From the NCBI GenBank assembly GCA_027319565.1, contig DAHVNA010000005.1, forward strand, positions 8,759-72,758: 64,000 nt of DNA. Reading direction: 5' to 3'. Positions within the stretch are counted from its first letter, which is position 1, and each line of letters begins with the position of its first letter. This DNA is from Elusimicrobiota bacterium. Lineage in GTDB: Bacteria; Elusimicrobiota; Elusimicrobia; UBA1565; UBA9628. Position numbers and translations under genes: made by a program. A model generated the notes under the pieces. It searched no databases, was not told the DNA's origin, and saw only the letters and a program-made list of their open reading frames with translations. Of this stretch, positions 30,483 to 41,736 are shown piece after piece.

Positions 30483-31903
30483 CAGAATCTTTTGAAATGG
30501 TCGTCGGACTCGAAGTCCATGTTCAGCTCGCGACAAAAACAAAACTCTTTTGCGCCTGCGCCAACGACGGTTTTGGCGCTCCCCCCAATAGCCGGGTTTG
30601 TCCGGTCTGCACCGGCCAACCCGGGGCCTTGCCGGTTCTCAACAAAAAAGCCGTGGAATTGGCCTTCAAGGCGGCTTTAGCTTTAAATGGAAAGCTCGCG
30701 CACAAATCCATTTTCGCGCGCAAAAATTATTTCTATCCCGATCTGCCGAAGGCCTATCAAATCTCCCAATATGACGAACCTTTTTGTTTGGGCGGAGAAG
30801 TCCCCTTGCGCCTCAAAGACGGAAAAACGAAAATCGTCGAACTGGCGCGCATTCATATGGAAGAGGACGCGGGAAAACTTCTCCATGCCATCGGCTCTCA
30901 GGCCTTGAATTATTCCCTGGTTGATTTCAATCGCGGCGGGGTTCCTCTCATTGAAATCGTCTCAAAGCCGGAAATTTTTTCAAGCGACGAAGCCTACGCT
31001 TATCTAAGCAGCCTCAAAGAAATTCTCCAATACGCCGGCGTTTCCAACTGCGACATGGAAAAAGGCGAAATGAGATGCGACGCCAATATTTCTTTAAGGC
31101 CAAAAGGCTCCAAGAAACTTGGCACGCGGGCCGAAATCAAAAATCTCAATTCATTTAAGAACGTTAAGGACGCCTTGGAATATGAATTTCTGCGCCAAGC
31201 CGACGTTCTTTCTTCAGGCGGGAAAATCATCCAGGAAACGCGCCTTTGGAACGGAAAAGAAACCGTCTCGATGCGCTCAAAAGAAGAAGCCCACGATTAT
31301 CGCTATTTCCCCGATCCGGATCTGGTTCCCATCGACATCACCCCGGAATGGAGCGACAAAATCAAATCCGAAATTCCAGAACTCCCGCAAGCCCGCCGCG
31401 AGCGCTTTGTCTCGGACTACCATTTATCTCCTTATGAAGCCGAGGTCTTGGTCTCCGACCGAGTCATCTCCGATTATTTTATCCAGGTTTTGAAATCTTC
31501 TGAAGCGCAAAATGACGCGGAGGTGTTGGCCAAGCTCATCATGAACATCCCTGATTTTACTCCAATCGCGCCAGAGCAGATGGCTTCTCTAGTCGCCCTT
31601 TGTCGTCAAAAAACCATTACTATTAACCAGGCCAAAGAACTTTATCCCGAGATTCTTGAATCAAAAAAAGACCCGAAGATTCTAGTGGAAGAAAAAGGCT
31701 TGGCCCAGGTTTTAGACGAAAAAATTTTACGGGATTGGGTCCAAGAGGCTCTCGCCTCAAACCCAAAGGCGATATTAGATATCAAGGGCGGAAAAAAACA
31801 AGCCGCAGGCGCGCTAGTTGGCGCGGTGATGAAATTATCCAAAGGAAAAGCCAATCCCGCCTTGGTCAACAAACTCATATTCGAAGGGATTGACAAAGCG
31901 TAA
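30479..31903 (+). CDS. gatB: Asp/Glu-tRNA amidotransferase subunit B
   Basis: GLEVHVQL, RKNYFYPDLPK, HMEEDAGK, DYRYFPDPDL. Confidence 0.97.
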   Translation: MTESFEMVVGLEVHVQLATKTKLFCACANDGFGAPPNSRVCPVCTGQPGALPVLNKKAVELAFKAALALNGKLAHKSIFARKNYFYPDLPKAYQISQYDEPFCLGGEVPLRLKDGKTKIVELARIHMEEDAGKLLHAIGSQALNYSLVDFNRGGVPLIEIVSKPEIFSSDEAYAYLSSLKEILQYAGVSNCDMEKGEMRCDANISLRPKGSKKLGTRAEIKNLNSFKNVKDALEYEFLRQADVLSSGGKIIQETRLWNGKETVSMRSKEEAHDYRYFPDPDLVPIDITPEWSDKIKSEIPELPQARRERFVSDYHLSPYEAEVLVSDRVISDYFIQVLKSSEAQNDAEVLAKLIMNIPDFTPIAPEQMASLVALCRQKTITINQAKELYPEILESKKDPKILVEEKGLAQVLDEKILRDWVQEALASNPKAILDIKGGKKQAAGALVGAVMKLSKGKANPALVNKLIFEGIDKA

Positions 31904-31918
31904 TTTTAGGGATATACT
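31890..31918 (+). promoter_or_regulatory. Near-consensus sigma70 promoter of the pilin gene
   Basis: TTGACA (31890-31895), 17 nt, TATACT (31913-31918). Confidence 0.8.
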
Positions 31919-32007
31919 CTTTGGAAAGCAGGTCATGGGTGACAGAATTCGCCGATACGGCTATTTTTCCCCGTGATTCATTATAACGGCGAAAAGGGGG
32001 TCATACC

Positions 32008-32478
32008 ATGAATGAAACAAAGGCAGTGAAAGGAGCGCGGGCTTCGGGATTCACGCTCATTGAGTTAATGATCGTGGTTGCTATTATCGGTATTTTGGCG
32101 GCTATCGCCATACCGAAGTTCGCGAATCTTATCAGACAGTCTCAGGAAGGAGCGACGAAAGGAAACCTGTCAGGGATCCGCTCGGCGCTGAGCATCTATT
32201 ACGGAGATAATACCGGGGTTTATCCGACGGACCTCCCGGGGCTCACCGTCAACGGAAAGTATCTGTCAGTCATCCCGAACTCGACCATTCCTCCGTATCA
32301 CACGGCTACGTCTCTTGATGTCAACCAGACAGCCGGCGGCGGCCCTGGAGCGGCATCGGAAGGATCTGGAGCTGGAGAATGGCTCTACGACAGCCTTTCA
32401 ACCGATGGAAACTACGGCGGAGTGTGGGTTAACTGCACGCATACCGATACCCACGGGACAACCTGGACGACCTATTAA
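32008..32478 (+). CDS. Type IV (major) pilin
   Basis: Class III signal G-FTLIELMIVVAIIGILAAIAIPKF; own strong promoter and terminator. Confidence 0.92.
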   Translation: MNETKAVKGARASGFTLIELMIVVAIIGILAAIAIPKFANLIRQSQEGATKGNLSGIRSALSIYYGDNTGVYPTDLPGLTVNGKYLSVIPNSTIPPYHTATSLDVNQTAGGGPGAASEGSGAGEWLYDSLSTDGNYGGVWVNCTHTDTHGTTWTTY

Positions 32479-32501
32479 TTCTAAGTTAACCCAGACAGGT
32501 C

Positions 32502-32534
32502 AAGGGCCCCTCCCCAAGAGGGGCCCTTCTTCTT
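32502..32534 (+). terminator. Probable intrinsic terminator
   Basis: Stem AAGGGCCCCT / AGGGGCCCTT followed by CTTCTT. Confidence 0.65.
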
Positions 32535-32538
32535 GACG

Positions 32539-33348
32539 ATGATGAAATCCCTGACGACTCCAAAAAACCGTCTTCACATCTCTCATTGGGGCGGGACGGG
32601 ACGACCGATTCTCTTGGTTCATGGACTCGCCGGGAGCGTATCTTGGTGGGACAAGGTTTGTCCCTTACTCAAAGACGATTTTGAAGTCGCGGCTCTAGAC
32701 CTCTCTGGACACGGAGACAGCGCCTGGTCTAAAGACGGCCAATATGCGATGGACTTATTTTTATCGAATATCGACGAAGCCCGGGAATTTCTTAATTGGA
32801 AGAAATTTATTCTCGTGGGCCACTCCCTGGGAGCCCGAATCAGCGTCGAATACGCCTCTCGGGAGAAATCTCCTTTAGAAGGCCTCATCGCCATTGATTT
32901 CATGCCCCGCGTAAAAGAATCTAGCCCAAGATTTTCAAGACTCGCGGGGCTTCGGCAACCCGTGTTTTCCAACGAAGAGGCGATGATCAGCCGCTTTCAT
33001 CTCCAGCCTAGAGAAACCAATCTCTCCGAAGAAGAAATGCGAGAACTCGCCAAAAATCTAATCCGGCCTTGGAAAAACGGCTTTAGCTGGAAATGCGATT
33101 GGAGAGCTTTTTTAATCCGCTACGAATCCGTCTGGCCGCTTTTGCCCCGGATTCAAACGCCCAGCTTAATAGTCCGCGGACAGTTAAGCCCCATTATGGA
33201 CCGAGAAGACATTAAAAAAGTTTGCCAGGAAACACTCAGAAGCGAATGTCTGGAAATTCCAGGCGCCTATCATCACGTGCCTCTCGACGCGCCAGAAGCG
33301 ACGGCAAAAGCGATCCTTGATTTTGCTCAGAAACTGGTCTCTCTATGA
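32539..33348 (+). CDS. Alpha/beta hydrolase
   Basis: LVHG, DLSGHGDS, GHSLG, YHHV. Confidence 0.9.
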   Translation: MMKSLTTPKNRLHISHWGGTGRPILLVHGLAGSVSWWDKVCPLLKDDFEVAALDLSGHGDSAWSKDGQYAMDLFLSNIDEAREFLNWKKFILVGHSLGARISVEYASREKSPLEGLIAIDFMPRVKESSPRFSRLAGLRQPVFSNEEAMISRFHLQPRETNLSEEEMRELAKNLIRPWKNGFSWKCDWRAFLIRYESVWPLLPRIQTPSLIVRGQLSPIMDREDIKKVCQETLRSECLEIPGAYHHVPLDAPEATAKAILDFAQKLVSL

Positions 33349-33797
33349 CGCCCTCTCACTTTGTCGCCACGGGATATGTCGTTAAAAACGGGAAGACCCT
33401 TCTTTTACTCCACAAGAAACTAGGCTTTTGGCTGCCTCCCGGCGGACACATCGAAGAAAACGAAAATCCGGTGGAAGCTCTCTTGCGGGAAGTGCGGGAA
33501 GAAACCGGGCTTAAAGTTAAAATTCTATCGCCCTTGATTTCCCCGCCCCCCAAGGAAAAAGATGTCCAGTTTCTACATGTACCCAATCACTTTCAGATGG
33601 AAATATTGCCCGGACACGGAATTCATTTCGATCTCGTCTATTTTTGCAAGGTCATCGCGGGCCGGGAAAAATTTTCCGTCCAGGAAAGCCGCGACATGAA
33701 ATGGTTCTCTCCCAAAGATCTGGCTTCCCCTCAAATACGAGATGAAGTCAGGCGCGTGGCTCTTCAAGCCATTAAGCATGTCGGAAATATCCGATAA
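33345..33797 (+). CDS. NUDIX hydrolase
   Basis: WLPPGGHIEENENPVEALLREVREETG. Confidence 0.92.
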   Translation: MTPSHFVATGYVVKNGKTLLLLHKKLGFWLPPGGHIEENENPVEALLREVREETGLKVKILSPLISPPPKEKDVQFLHVPNHFQMEILPGHGIHFDLVYFCKVIAGREKFSVQESRDMKWFSPKDLASPQIRDEVRRVALQAIKHVGNIR

Positions 33798-33844
33798 ACT
33801 CCTAAAAATAGCCATCTCGGCGGCATTTTTGCTAATCTAAAATA

Positions 33845-34945
33845 ATGACCGCGCAAGCCGTTTCACTTCTTAAAAAAACTCCCCTCAACCAAGCCCACAA
33901 AGACAATGCGGCCAAGATGGTCGACTTTTTCGGCTGGGAGTTGCCGCTTTATTTTGAGAGCATCCTTAAAGAACATGAATCCGTCCGAACCCGTTGCGGG
34001 ATTTTTGACGTTTCTCATATGGGACGACTCAAAATAGAAGGCCCCTCGGCTCTTGAGCTTCTTCAAAAAATTAATACCAACGATATCGCCGCGTTAAAAC
34101 CCGGGCAAGCCCTTTATTCCCATATGCCAAACGAAAGCGGAGGGATTATTGACGATTTAATCGTCAGTTGCCTGGATCCCGAACATTATTATGCGGTTGT
34201 CAACGCCTCCAGAATTGACGCCGACAAAGAGTGGATCGAGAAAAACAACGATCACGGAGTTGTCATTACGGATCAAAGCCCCGAGACCGCCATGATCGCG
34301 GTTCAAGGTCCGGTGGCGGAAGAAATTCTTTTCCGGCATCTCAAATTTAAAGAAGCCAAAAGCCTGCCAAGATTTGGAGTCACTCAAGCGGAGATTCTCA
34401 ATTGCCAAGCCCTTATCAGCCGCACGGGATATACCGGAGAAGACGGATTTGAAATCGTGGTTTCATCTCAAGAGGCCACTTCCCTTTGGAGCGCTCTTAT
34501 CTCGGGCGGCGCCACTGCCTGTGGACTCGCCGCGCGCGACACGCTCAGACTTGAAGCTGGACTTCTTTTATACGGTCAAGACATGAACGAAGAAACCTCA
34601 AGCCTTGAGGCCAATTGCGCCTGGCTCGTCAAATTCGGACAAGATTTTATCGGCAAAAATGCCCTCTTAAGCCAAAAAACCCGCGGGCTTACGCGCCGCC
34701 TCTGCGGCGTAAAATTGATGGACAAGGGCGTGCCGCGTCACGGAAATGAAGTCTTTTTAGGCGAAAGCCAAGCGGGAGTTTTGACCAGCGCGACATTTTC
34801 TCCGACATTAAAAACCGGAATCGGGCTCGCCTATCTTCCCGCAAGCGTCAAGGCGGGACAAGAGCTTTTTGTCTTGGTTCACGGCCGTAAAATTCCGGCC
34901 CAGGCCGCGCCGATTCAATTCTACAAAGGAAAAATACATGCCTAA
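33845..34945 (+). CDS. gcvT: Glycine cleavage system T protein
   Basis: FDVSHMG, SRTGYTGEDGFE, ARDTLRLEAG. Confidence 0.96.
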   Translation: MTAQAVSLLKKTPLNQAHKDNAAKMVDFFGWELPLYFESILKEHESVRTRCGIFDVSHMGRLKIEGPSALELLQKINTNDIAALKPGQALYSHMPNESGGIIDDLIVSCLDPEHYYAVVNASRIDADKEWIEKNNDHGVVITDQSPETAMIAVQGPVAEEILFRHLKFKEAKSLPRFGVTQAEILNCQALISRTGYTGEDGFEIVVSSQEATSLWSALISGGATACGLAARDTLRLEAGLLLYGQDMNEETSSLEANCAWLVKFGQDFIGKNALLSQKTRGLTRRLCGVKLMDKGVPRHGNEVFLGESQAGVLTSATFSPTLKTGIGLAYLPASVKAGQELFVLVHGRKIPAQAAPIQFYKGKIHA

Positions 34946-35327
34946 AAACGAAGAATGCCGTTATATGAAATCTCACGAGTGGGCCTATCTAGATGGAACA
35001 GAGGCCCTTGTTGGAATCTCCGATCACGCCCAGAAAGAAATCACCGACATTGTCTTTGTCGAAGCGCCCAAGTTGGGGCGCAAGGTTTCTTCCGGAGAAT
35101 CCGTCGCGACGGTGGAATCGGTCAAAGCCGCTTTCGATATCTACAGCCCTCTCTCGGGAGAGATTTCCGCCGTCAATCCGGAAGTCAGCAAAGACCCCGC
35201 TATCGTCAATAAAGACCCCCATGGAAAAGGTTGGCTTTTCCGGATCAAACCTTCCAGTAAGGAAGAACTTAATGCGCTGATGGATTGGAAGCAGTATCAA
35301 GAATTTCTCAAAACCCAGAAACATTGA
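34938..35327 (+). CDS. gcvH: Glycine cleavage system H protein
   Basis: HEW, lipoyl-Lys motif VESVKAA, GWLF. Confidence 0.96.
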   Translation: MPKNEECRYMKSHEWAYLDGTEALVGISDHAQKEITDIVFVEAPKLGRKVSSGESVATVESVKAAFDIYSPLSGEISAVNPEVSKDPAIVNKDPHGKGWLFRIKPSSKEELNALMDWKQYQEFLKTQKH

Positions 35328-35329
35328 AT

Positions 35330-38233
35330 ATGATCTCTAGCACCTTGGAACCAGAACCCCTCCTCAAAGAAAACAAGATTGTATCCGAAAGCCTGTTCGC
35401 CAAGCGCCATATCGGCCCCTCCGAGGGAGATATCGCCGAGATGCTGTCTTATCTCAAAGTATCCAGTCTCGAAGAGTTAATTGAACGCGCGGTGCCTAAA
35501 ACCGTCTTATCGCGTAAGGTGATGCGCCTGCCTCAAGCCCTCAGTGAACGCCAAGCCCTTCAAAAATTAAAAGAGCTCGCCGAAAAAAATAAAATTTTTA
35601 AGTCTTATATCGGGATGGGATATTACGACACCTTCACCCCCCCAGTCATCAAAAAAAATATTCTGGAAAACCCCGGCTGGTACACCGCCTACACCCCTTA
35701 CCAAGCGGAAATCGCCCAGGGGCGGCTGGAAGCTCTTCTCAATTTTCAAACGATGGTGGAAGACCTCACGGCTCTGCCGGTAGCCAACGCCTCTTTATTA
35801 GATGAATCCACCGCCGCCGCGGAAGCCATGCTCATAATGCGGAATTTGTCGGAAAACAATTCCTCTCTTTTTTTGGTCTCAAATGACTGTTTTCCTCAAA
35901 CCCTGGCGGTCGTCTCAACCCGCGCCAAGGCCTTGGGAATTGAAGTCGAAATAGCGCCTGAAGACGCTTTTGATTTCTCAAAAAGACCTTTCGGCATCCT
36001 CGTTCAATATCCGACTAAAAACGGCCTTGTCAAAGATTACGAGTCTCTATGCCAAAAAGCGCATGCGGCGGGCGCTTACGTCTCGGTCGCATCCGACCTA
36101 TTGAGTCTGACCCTGTTTAAAGCTCCGGGAGAATTCGGCGCCGATATCGCTTTAGGATCTACGCAGAGATTTGGAATCCCCATGGGAGGTGGCGGCCCCC
36201 ACGCCGCTTATTTAGCGACCAAGGATGAATTTAAGCGCCATATGCCGGGAAGAATTGTCGGAGTCTCAAAAGACTCTTCCGGGAAAACCGCTTTACGACT
36301 CAGCCTCCAAACCCGCGAACAGCACATTAGACGAGAAAAAGCGACCTCGAACATCTGCACCGCGCAAGTCCTTTTGGCTGTCGCCGCCGGGGCCTATGCG
36401 GTTTATCACGGTCCCAAGGGGCTTCGCCAAATAGCGGAGAGAATTCGCCAACTCGCGCAATCCCTGGCGGAAGGGCTTCAAAATCTTGGTTTTGAGTCAA
36501 AAAACAAATCCGACGTCTTTGACACCCTTTTTGTCTCTCTTCGTCCAGAGGAAATAGGAAAAATTCGCGCCGCCGCGGAAAAGCGAAAGATGAATTTCTG
36601 GTTTGAAAAAGAGGGTGTCGGAATTTCGCTGGGGGAAACGAGCGCTGAAAAAGACGTCCTGGAAATCCTATCCGCGTTCGCTTCGATTAAAGGAGTCGCC
36701 TCTCCCATGAATTTACCCATCAAGGGCGCTCCCATCCCTGAACCGCTCAAAAGAAAAAGCAATTATCTCGCCCATCCAGTTTTTAACTCTTATCATTCAG
36801 AAACCGAAATGATGCGCTATCTCAAGCGCCTTGAGAATCGCGATTTATCCTTGGTCCATTCGATGATCTCCTTGGGCTCCTGCACCATGAAGCTCAACGC
36901 CGCCTCCGAAATGGAAGCCATGACCTGGCCGGAATTTGCCCAGATTCATCCATATGCGCCTCAAACGCAAACCCGCGGATACCAGGCCTTGATCAAGGAT
37001 CTAGAAAGGCGGCTTTGCGCCATCACGGGCTTTGAGGCTTTTTCCTTTCAACCAAACGCCGGATCTCAAGGAGAATATGCCGGACTTTTGGCGATCAAAA
37101 GATATCACGAGAATCGCGGCGAAAGACAAAGAAACGTGTGTTTAATTCCCGCTTCCGCGCACGGCACCAATCCCGCTTCCGCGGCTCTGGCGGGGCTTTC
37201 AGTCGTCGTGGTTTCGACCACCGAAAACGGCGACATCGATGTCGCGGATTTGAAATCAAAAGCGGAAGAATTTAAAGAGCGTCTTGCCGCTTTAATGGTC
37301 ACCTATCCCTCGACCCATGGAGTTTTTGAAGCCCAGATACGGGAAAGCTGCTCCATTGTCCATAAAAACGGAGGCCTGGTTTATTTAGACGGAGCCAATA
37401 TGAACGCCTTGGTCGGTCTGGGAAAACCCGCGGAATTAGGAGCGGATGTGTGTCATCTCAATCTCCACAAAACCTTCGCCATTCCCCATGGCGGGGGAGG
37501 TCCGGGAATGGGGCCGATTGGAGTCACAAAAACCCTCAAGCCCTATCTCCCGGGAAATCCGCTCGACGGAGAAAATAGCTATGCCGTTTCTTCCGCGCCT
37601 TGGGGATCCGCCTCGATTCTCACCATTTCCTGGGCCTATATCGCCCAGATGGGCTACGAGGGACTTCTTAAGGCGACCCAAGTGGCCATACTCAACGCCA
37701 ATTATCTCGCGAGAAAATTAGAGACCGCCTATCCGATTCTTTTCAAAGGTCCCGGCGGCTGGTCCGCCCATGAGTGCATCATCGAACTGAGGCCCCTTAA
37801 AAATTCTGCGGAAGTGACCGCTGAAGACATCGCCAAACGCTTGATGGATTACGGCTTTCACGCCCCGACTGTTTCTTTTCCCGTGCCTGGAACCATGATG
37901 ATTGAACCCACCGAATCGGAATCCAAGGCCGAGATCGACCGTTTTAGCGACGCGATGATTTCTATTCGCGCAGAAATTCGCGAAATCGAGGAAGGCCGGG
38001 CCGATAAAGCCAATAATCTTCTTAAAAACGCTCCCCACACCCTGGAACAGGTTTGTTCAGACCGTTGGGACAAGCCATATGGCCGGGAAAAAGCCGCTTT
38101 TCCTCTGCCTCAGATGAAAGACCGCAAGTTTTGGCCCGCGGTGTCTCGCATCGACAACGCCTGGGGCGATCGCAACTTCTTCTGCTCCTGCCCGCCCTGG
38201 GGAGACGGAGGCGTTGCCCCATCGAAACAGTAG
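35330..38233 (+). CDS. gcvP: Glycine dehydrogenase (decarboxylating), single-chain P protein
   Basis: [29 protein letters not shown] motif [14 protein letters not shown]. Confidence 0.97.
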   Translation: MISSTLEPEPLLKENKIVSESLFAKRHIGPSEGDIAEMLSYLKVSSLEELIERAVPKTVLSRKVMRLPQALSERQALQKLKELAEKNKIFKSYIGMGYYDTFTPPVIKKNILENPGWYTAYTPYQAEIAQGRLEALLNFQTMVEDLTALPVANASLLDESTAAAEAMLIMRNLSENNSSLFLVSNDCFPQTLAVVSTRAKALGIEVEIAPEDAFDFSKRPFGILVQYPTKNGLVKDYESLCQKAHAAGAYVSVASDLLSLTLFKAPGEFGADIALGSTQRFGIPMGGGGPHAAYLATKDEFKRHMPGRIVGVSKDSSGKTALRLSLQTREQHIRREKATSNICTAQVLLAVAAGAYAVYHGPKGLRQIAERIRQLAQSLAEGLQNLGFESKNKSDVFDTLFVSLRPEEIGKIRAAAEKRKMNFWFEKEGVGISLGETSAEKDVLEILSAFASIKGVASPMNLPIKGAPIPEPLKRKSNYLAHPVFNSYHSETEMMRYLKRLENRDLSLVHSMISLGSCTMKLNAASEMEAMTWPEFAQIHPYAPQTQTRGYQALIKDLERRLCAITGFEAFSFQPNAGSQGEYAGLLAIKRYHENRGERQRNVCLIPASAHGTNPASAALAGLSVVVVSTTENGDIDVADLKSKAEEFKERLAALMVTYPSTHGVFEAQIRESCSIVHKNGGLVYLDGANMNALVGLGKPAELGADVCHLNLHKTFAIPHGGGGPGMGPIGVTKTLKPYLPGNPLDGENSYAVSSAPWGSASILTISWAYIAQMGYEGLLKATQVAILNANYLARKLETAYPILFKGPGGWSAHECIIELRPLKNSAEVTAEDIAKRLMDYGFHAPTVSFPVPGTMMIEPTESESKAEIDRFSDAMISIRAEIREIEEGRADKANNLLKNAPHTLEQVCSDRWDKPYGREKAAFPLPQMKDRKFWPAVSRIDNAWGDRNFFCSCPPWGDGGVAPSKQ

Positions 38234-38904
38234 TCGAAGCTTCTTTAGACGTCTATTCCCAAATGGCCTTAGACGAGGCCTTGCTTCTTTTTTCTCCCGA
38301 AGAGGGAGTGACTTTGCGGTTTTATTCTTGGCCGGAATCCTCCGCCACCTTTGGACGGCATCAATCCTTTCAATTTGTCGAAAGAGAAATTAAACAAGAG
38401 GGAAAACCCGCTCTTTCCTGCACGCGAAGAATCACCGGCGGAGGACTGGTCTTTCATGGAGAAGACCTCACCTTTTCCATCACCTTCCCTTGGAAAGAGC
38501 CGATCACCCCGACTGAAATCTATCAAAGCCTCCATCATCTCATCGGCGAAGAGTTGCGTCAAGAGGGAATTTCCCTCCATTTAAAGTCCGAGCCCTCCGC
38601 AATAGCGGGGCTTAATAAAATTTGTTTTTCCGTGCCTGAAAAATCGGATATTACCGCTCTTGACGGAGCCAAAATTCTCGGCGGAGCGCTGTGCCGAAAA
38701 AACAAGCGCGGGCTTTATCAAGGCTCGCTCAAAACATCTCTTATCTCTCTTTCCCTTGCTCAAATCAAACAGGCGATATTTCGCGCTACGTCCATCTTTG
38801 GCAAGAAAAATCCGGAAGAGAAAATCCCTTTTTTCGAACGCTCAAAAATCAGCCTTCTCGTCGATAAATACCGCTCTCAAGACTGGCGTCTCCGCGTCCC
38901 TTGA
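38221..38904 (+). CDS. Lipoate-protein ligase / octanoyltransferase (LipM/LplA family)
   Basis: [31 protein letters not shown]. Start uncertain (ATC 38221 or ATG 38263). Confidence 0.85.
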   Translation: METVVEASLDVYSQMALDEALLLFSPEEGVTLRFYSWPESSATFGRHQSFQFVEREIKQEGKPALSCTRRITGGGLVFHGEDLTFSITFPWKEPITPTEIYQSLHHLIGEELRQEGISLHLKSEPSAIAGLNKICFSVPEKSDITALDGAKILGGALCRKNKRGLYQGSLKTSLISLSLAQIKQAIFRATSIFGKKNPEEKIPFFERSKISLLVDKYRSQDWRLRVP

Positions 38905-38939
38905 ATAAAGTGGAAAATATGTGCTATGATAATAACGTT

Positions 38940-39245
38940 ATGTACGCGGTCATAGAAACAGGCGGTAAACAATATAAGGTTGAACCCGGAGAAGTCATAC
39001 GGGTTGAGAAGCTCGATCTAGCTTCTGGAAGCGAAATTAAGTGGAAAGCCCTTTGGGCTTCCAAAGGCGAAGATTCACCGCTCGCGGGAATTCCCAAGGC
39101 GACAGTGACAGCCGAGGTTCTTTCCCAAAAGAAAGCCCCCAAAATTTTGGTTTTCCGAAAGAAAACGAAAAAGGCTTACAAAAAGATGCATGGGCATCGC
39201 CAGTCCCTGACTGAAGTTAAAATTAAGGATATTTCTTTCAACTGA
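38940..39245 (+). CDS. rplU: 50S ribosomal protein L21
   Basis: [14 protein letters not shown]...GHRQ. Confidence 0.97.
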   Translation: MYAVIETGGKQYKVEPGEVIRVEKLDLASGSEIKWKALWASKGEDSPLAGIPKATVTAEVLSQKKAPKILVFRKKTKKAYKKMHGHRQSLTEVKIKDISFN

Positions 39246-39246
39246 T

Positions 39247-39495
39247 ATGGCTCATACCAAAGCTCAAGGTTCATCCTCCAACGGTCGCGATTCAAACGGT
39301 CAACGTCTCGGCGTCAAGATCTACGGAGGCCAAAAAATCAAAGCGGGAATGATCATTGTCAGGCAGCGCGGAACAAAATTTTTGCCGGGCGAAAACGTCG
39401 GGCGCGGCAAAGACGATACTTTGTTTGCCAAGGCTTCTGGCTCCGTGCAATTTGAGTGGGCATACAAAGACAAAAAGCGCGTCAGCGTCCGCTAA
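39247..39495 (+). CDS. rpmA: 50S ribosomal protein L27
   Basis: [25 protein letters not shown]. Confidence 0.98.
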   Translation: MAHTKAQGSSSNGRDSNGQRLGVKIYGGQKIKAGMIIVRQRGTKFLPGENVGRGKDDTLFAKASGSVQFEWAYKDKKRVSVR

Positions 39496-39532
39496 AGTCT
39501 TTTCGCCTTCTTCCCCCTCTTAACTTCTTACC

Positions 39533-40852
39533 ATGAATTTTATTGATCGAGTTCGTCTTTTTCTTGAAGGTGGCCGCGGCGGGGACGGATGTCTTGCCTT
39601 CCGAAGGGAAAAATACGTCGCCTACGGCGGTCCGATTGGCGGCGATGGCGGAAACGGCGGCGACATCATTCTTAAAGCGAGTTTGCGCTTAACCACCCTC
39701 TTTGATCTCTCCCGACAGACCCATATTTACGGAAATCCCGGAGCGCACGGAAAAGGAAGCAATAAAGCGGGGAAAGACGGCGAACCTATCACGATTGAAG
39801 TTCCCGTTGGAACTCTCGTCTACAAAGACAATATCCTAGCTGCCGATCTTAATTTGCCGGACAAAACCTATATCGCGGCCAAAGGCGGAAGGGGCGGAAG
39901 GGGCAATCTCTCGTTTAAAACTCAATGGATGACCGCCCCCCGAATCAGGGAAAGGGGAGCCCCCGGAGAATCGGCTCATTTCGAACTGGAGCTTAAACTC
40001 TTGGCCGATGTGGGCTTGGTGGGTTTTCCCAATGCCGGAAAATCAAGCCTTCTCGCTCATTTATCCAAAGCCAGGCCCAAGATTGCGGACTACCCCTTTA
40101 CGACTCTTTCTCCCAATCTCGGAGTGGTCGTTCATAAAGGGGTCTCCTTTGTTTTAGCCGATATCCCCGGCCTCATCGAAGGCGCCCACAAAGGCAAGGG
40201 CTTGGGATTTGACTTTCTAAGGCATATTGAAAGAACGCGGGTTCTCGTTCATCTCGTCGACCCGCAAGGCTTTGAGCCCTATTCTCCCGCGGAAGGAATC
40301 ACCTTGATCGAAAAGGAATTAAACTCTTATTCCGCCAGCCTCAAAAAAAAGCCCCGGTTTCTGGCGGTTAACAAAATGGATATCCCGCAATCCGCGGAAG
40401 TTTTTAAGAAATTAAAAAAAAGATTTTCCAAGCGCGAGATTTTCCCGATCTCGGCGGCGACGGGAGAGGGTCTTAAGCCCTTGCTCGATTCCCTGATCAA
40501 AATTCTCTCGAAAACCCCGCCTCCGATGTTTAAAACGGCGGAAGAATCGGAAGAGAAATTAGAGATACAAAAAGGCTTTGAAGTCGAACCCTTGGGAAAC
40601 GGGATTTTTAATCTTAAAGGCGCCTCCATTGAACGCGCCGCGGCCATGTTGGACTTTGAACTGCCGGAAGCCGTGATGAGATTTCAAGCAATGCTCAAAA
40701 GAATCGGGGTTGACCGCGCGCTCAGAGCCGCCCATATCCGCGAGGGAAATGAAGTGCGTTGCGGAAAGGTCTCTTTTGAATGGAGCGGCGAAACCCCCAA
40801 ACCCCTTCCCAAACTCTCGCGCGATCGCCCGACAAAACTAGGAATCTATTGA
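39533..40852 (+). CDS. obgE: GTPase ObgE/CgtA
   Basis: Gly-rich Obg fold, GFPNAGKS, DYPFTT, DIPG, NKMD; C-terminal OCT domain. Confidence 0.97.
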   Translation: MNFIDRVRLFLEGGRGGDGCLAFRREKYVAYGGPIGGDGGNGGDIILKASLRLTTLFDLSRQTHIYGNPGAHGKGSNKAGKDGEPITIEVPVGTLVYKDNILAADLNLPDKTYIAAKGGRGGRGNLSFKTQWMTAPRIRERGAPGESAHFELELKLLADVGLVGFPNAGKSSLLAHLSKARPKIADYPFTTLSPNLGVVVHKGVSFVLADIPGLIEGAHKGKGLGFDFLRHIERTRVLVHLVDPQGFEPYSPAEGITLIEKELNSYSASLKKKPRFLAVNKMDIPQSAEVFKKLKKRFSKREIFPISAATGEGLKPLLDSLIKILSKTPPPMFKTAEESEEKLEIQKGFEVEPLGNGIFNLKGASIERAAAMLDFELPEAVMRFQAMLKRIGVDRALRAAHIREGNEVRCGKVSFEWSGETPKPLPKLSRDRPTKLGIY

Positions 40853-41736
40853 TGGCAGAAACCCTCAAAGCCTATCAGGCCCGGCAAGAAAATCCGCAGG
40901 ACACCGCGGCGGCCTATTTGTTTTGCTTGGATCTGGCGAGTTCTCACTATGAAAATTTTCCCGTCGCTTCGAGTTTTATCTTTCCCAAACTTAGAAAGCA
41001 CGTCGCTTGCCTCTACAGCTTTGCCCGGATAGCGGACGATTTTTCAGACGAGCCGGAATATGAGGGCGTTCGACGCGAAAGACTTTTAGAATGGCGCGAA
41101 AATCTAAACAACCTTAATCTCAAAACTCCCACCCATCCCGTTTTCATCGCCCTAAAAGACACGCTAAAAACTCTTCACCTCCCCACCCAGCCTTTTGACG
41201 ATTTATTGGACGCTTTTTTGCAAGACACCGTCAAAAACCGCTATCAGAATTTTGACGAGGTCTTGGATTACTGCCGGCGATCAGCCAACCCCGTGGGACG
41301 CATTGTGCTCATGATTCATGGCTATGACCAAGAAGAGCTCTTTAAACTTTCCGATTCAATCTGCACCGGCCTTCAATTGGCCAATTTCTGGCAGGATATT
41401 TCAGTGGACCTCAAAAAAGACCGCATCTATATCCCACAGGAAGATTTCGCCCAATTTTCCTACTCGGAAGCGGATTTAAGAATGGGCGTCGCCAATGAAC
41501 GATTCCGCAATCTCATAAAATTTGAAGTCGCCAGAGTCTGTCAGATATTCGAGGAAGGAAAAACTCTTCCCCAAAAACTCTCCTGGCCCCTGTCTTGGGA
41601 AATTCGCCTAACGGAATTAGGGGGACGCCAAATTCTGCGCAAAATCAGAAAACAAAACTACGACACTCTCCAATCTCGCCCCGTTTTAACCAAGTGGGAA
41701 TGGATTCCACTTATTTTGCGCGCCGTTTTAAAATGA
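40852..41736 (+). CDS. hpnC: Squalene synthesis protein HpnC (hydroxysqualene synthase)
   Basis: HYENFPVAS, ARIADD, YCRRSANPVGR, QLANFWQD. Confidence 0.92.
   Translation: MAETLKAYQARQENPQDTAAAYLFCLDLASSHYENFPVASSFIFPKLRKHVACLYSFARIADDFSDEPEYEGVRRERLLEWRENLNNLNLKTPTHPVFIALKDTLKTLHLPTQPFDDLLDAFLQDTVKNRYQNFDEVLDYCRRSANPVGRIVLMIHGYDQEELFKLSDSICTGLQLANFWQDISVDLKKDRIYIPQEDFAQFSYSEADLRMGVANERFRNLIKFEVARVCQIFEEGKTLPQKLSWPLSWEIRLTELGGRQILRKIRKQNYDTLQSRPVLTKWEWIPLILRAVLK

Noticed and set aside
32502..32528. Third copy of the GGGCC palindromic operator
   Set aside because: Different spacing, single copy, and located just after a stop codon; better explained as a terminator.
33798..33844. Glycine riboswitch before gcvT
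   Set aside because: Only 47 bp, no aptamer motifs, and the promoter looks leaderless.
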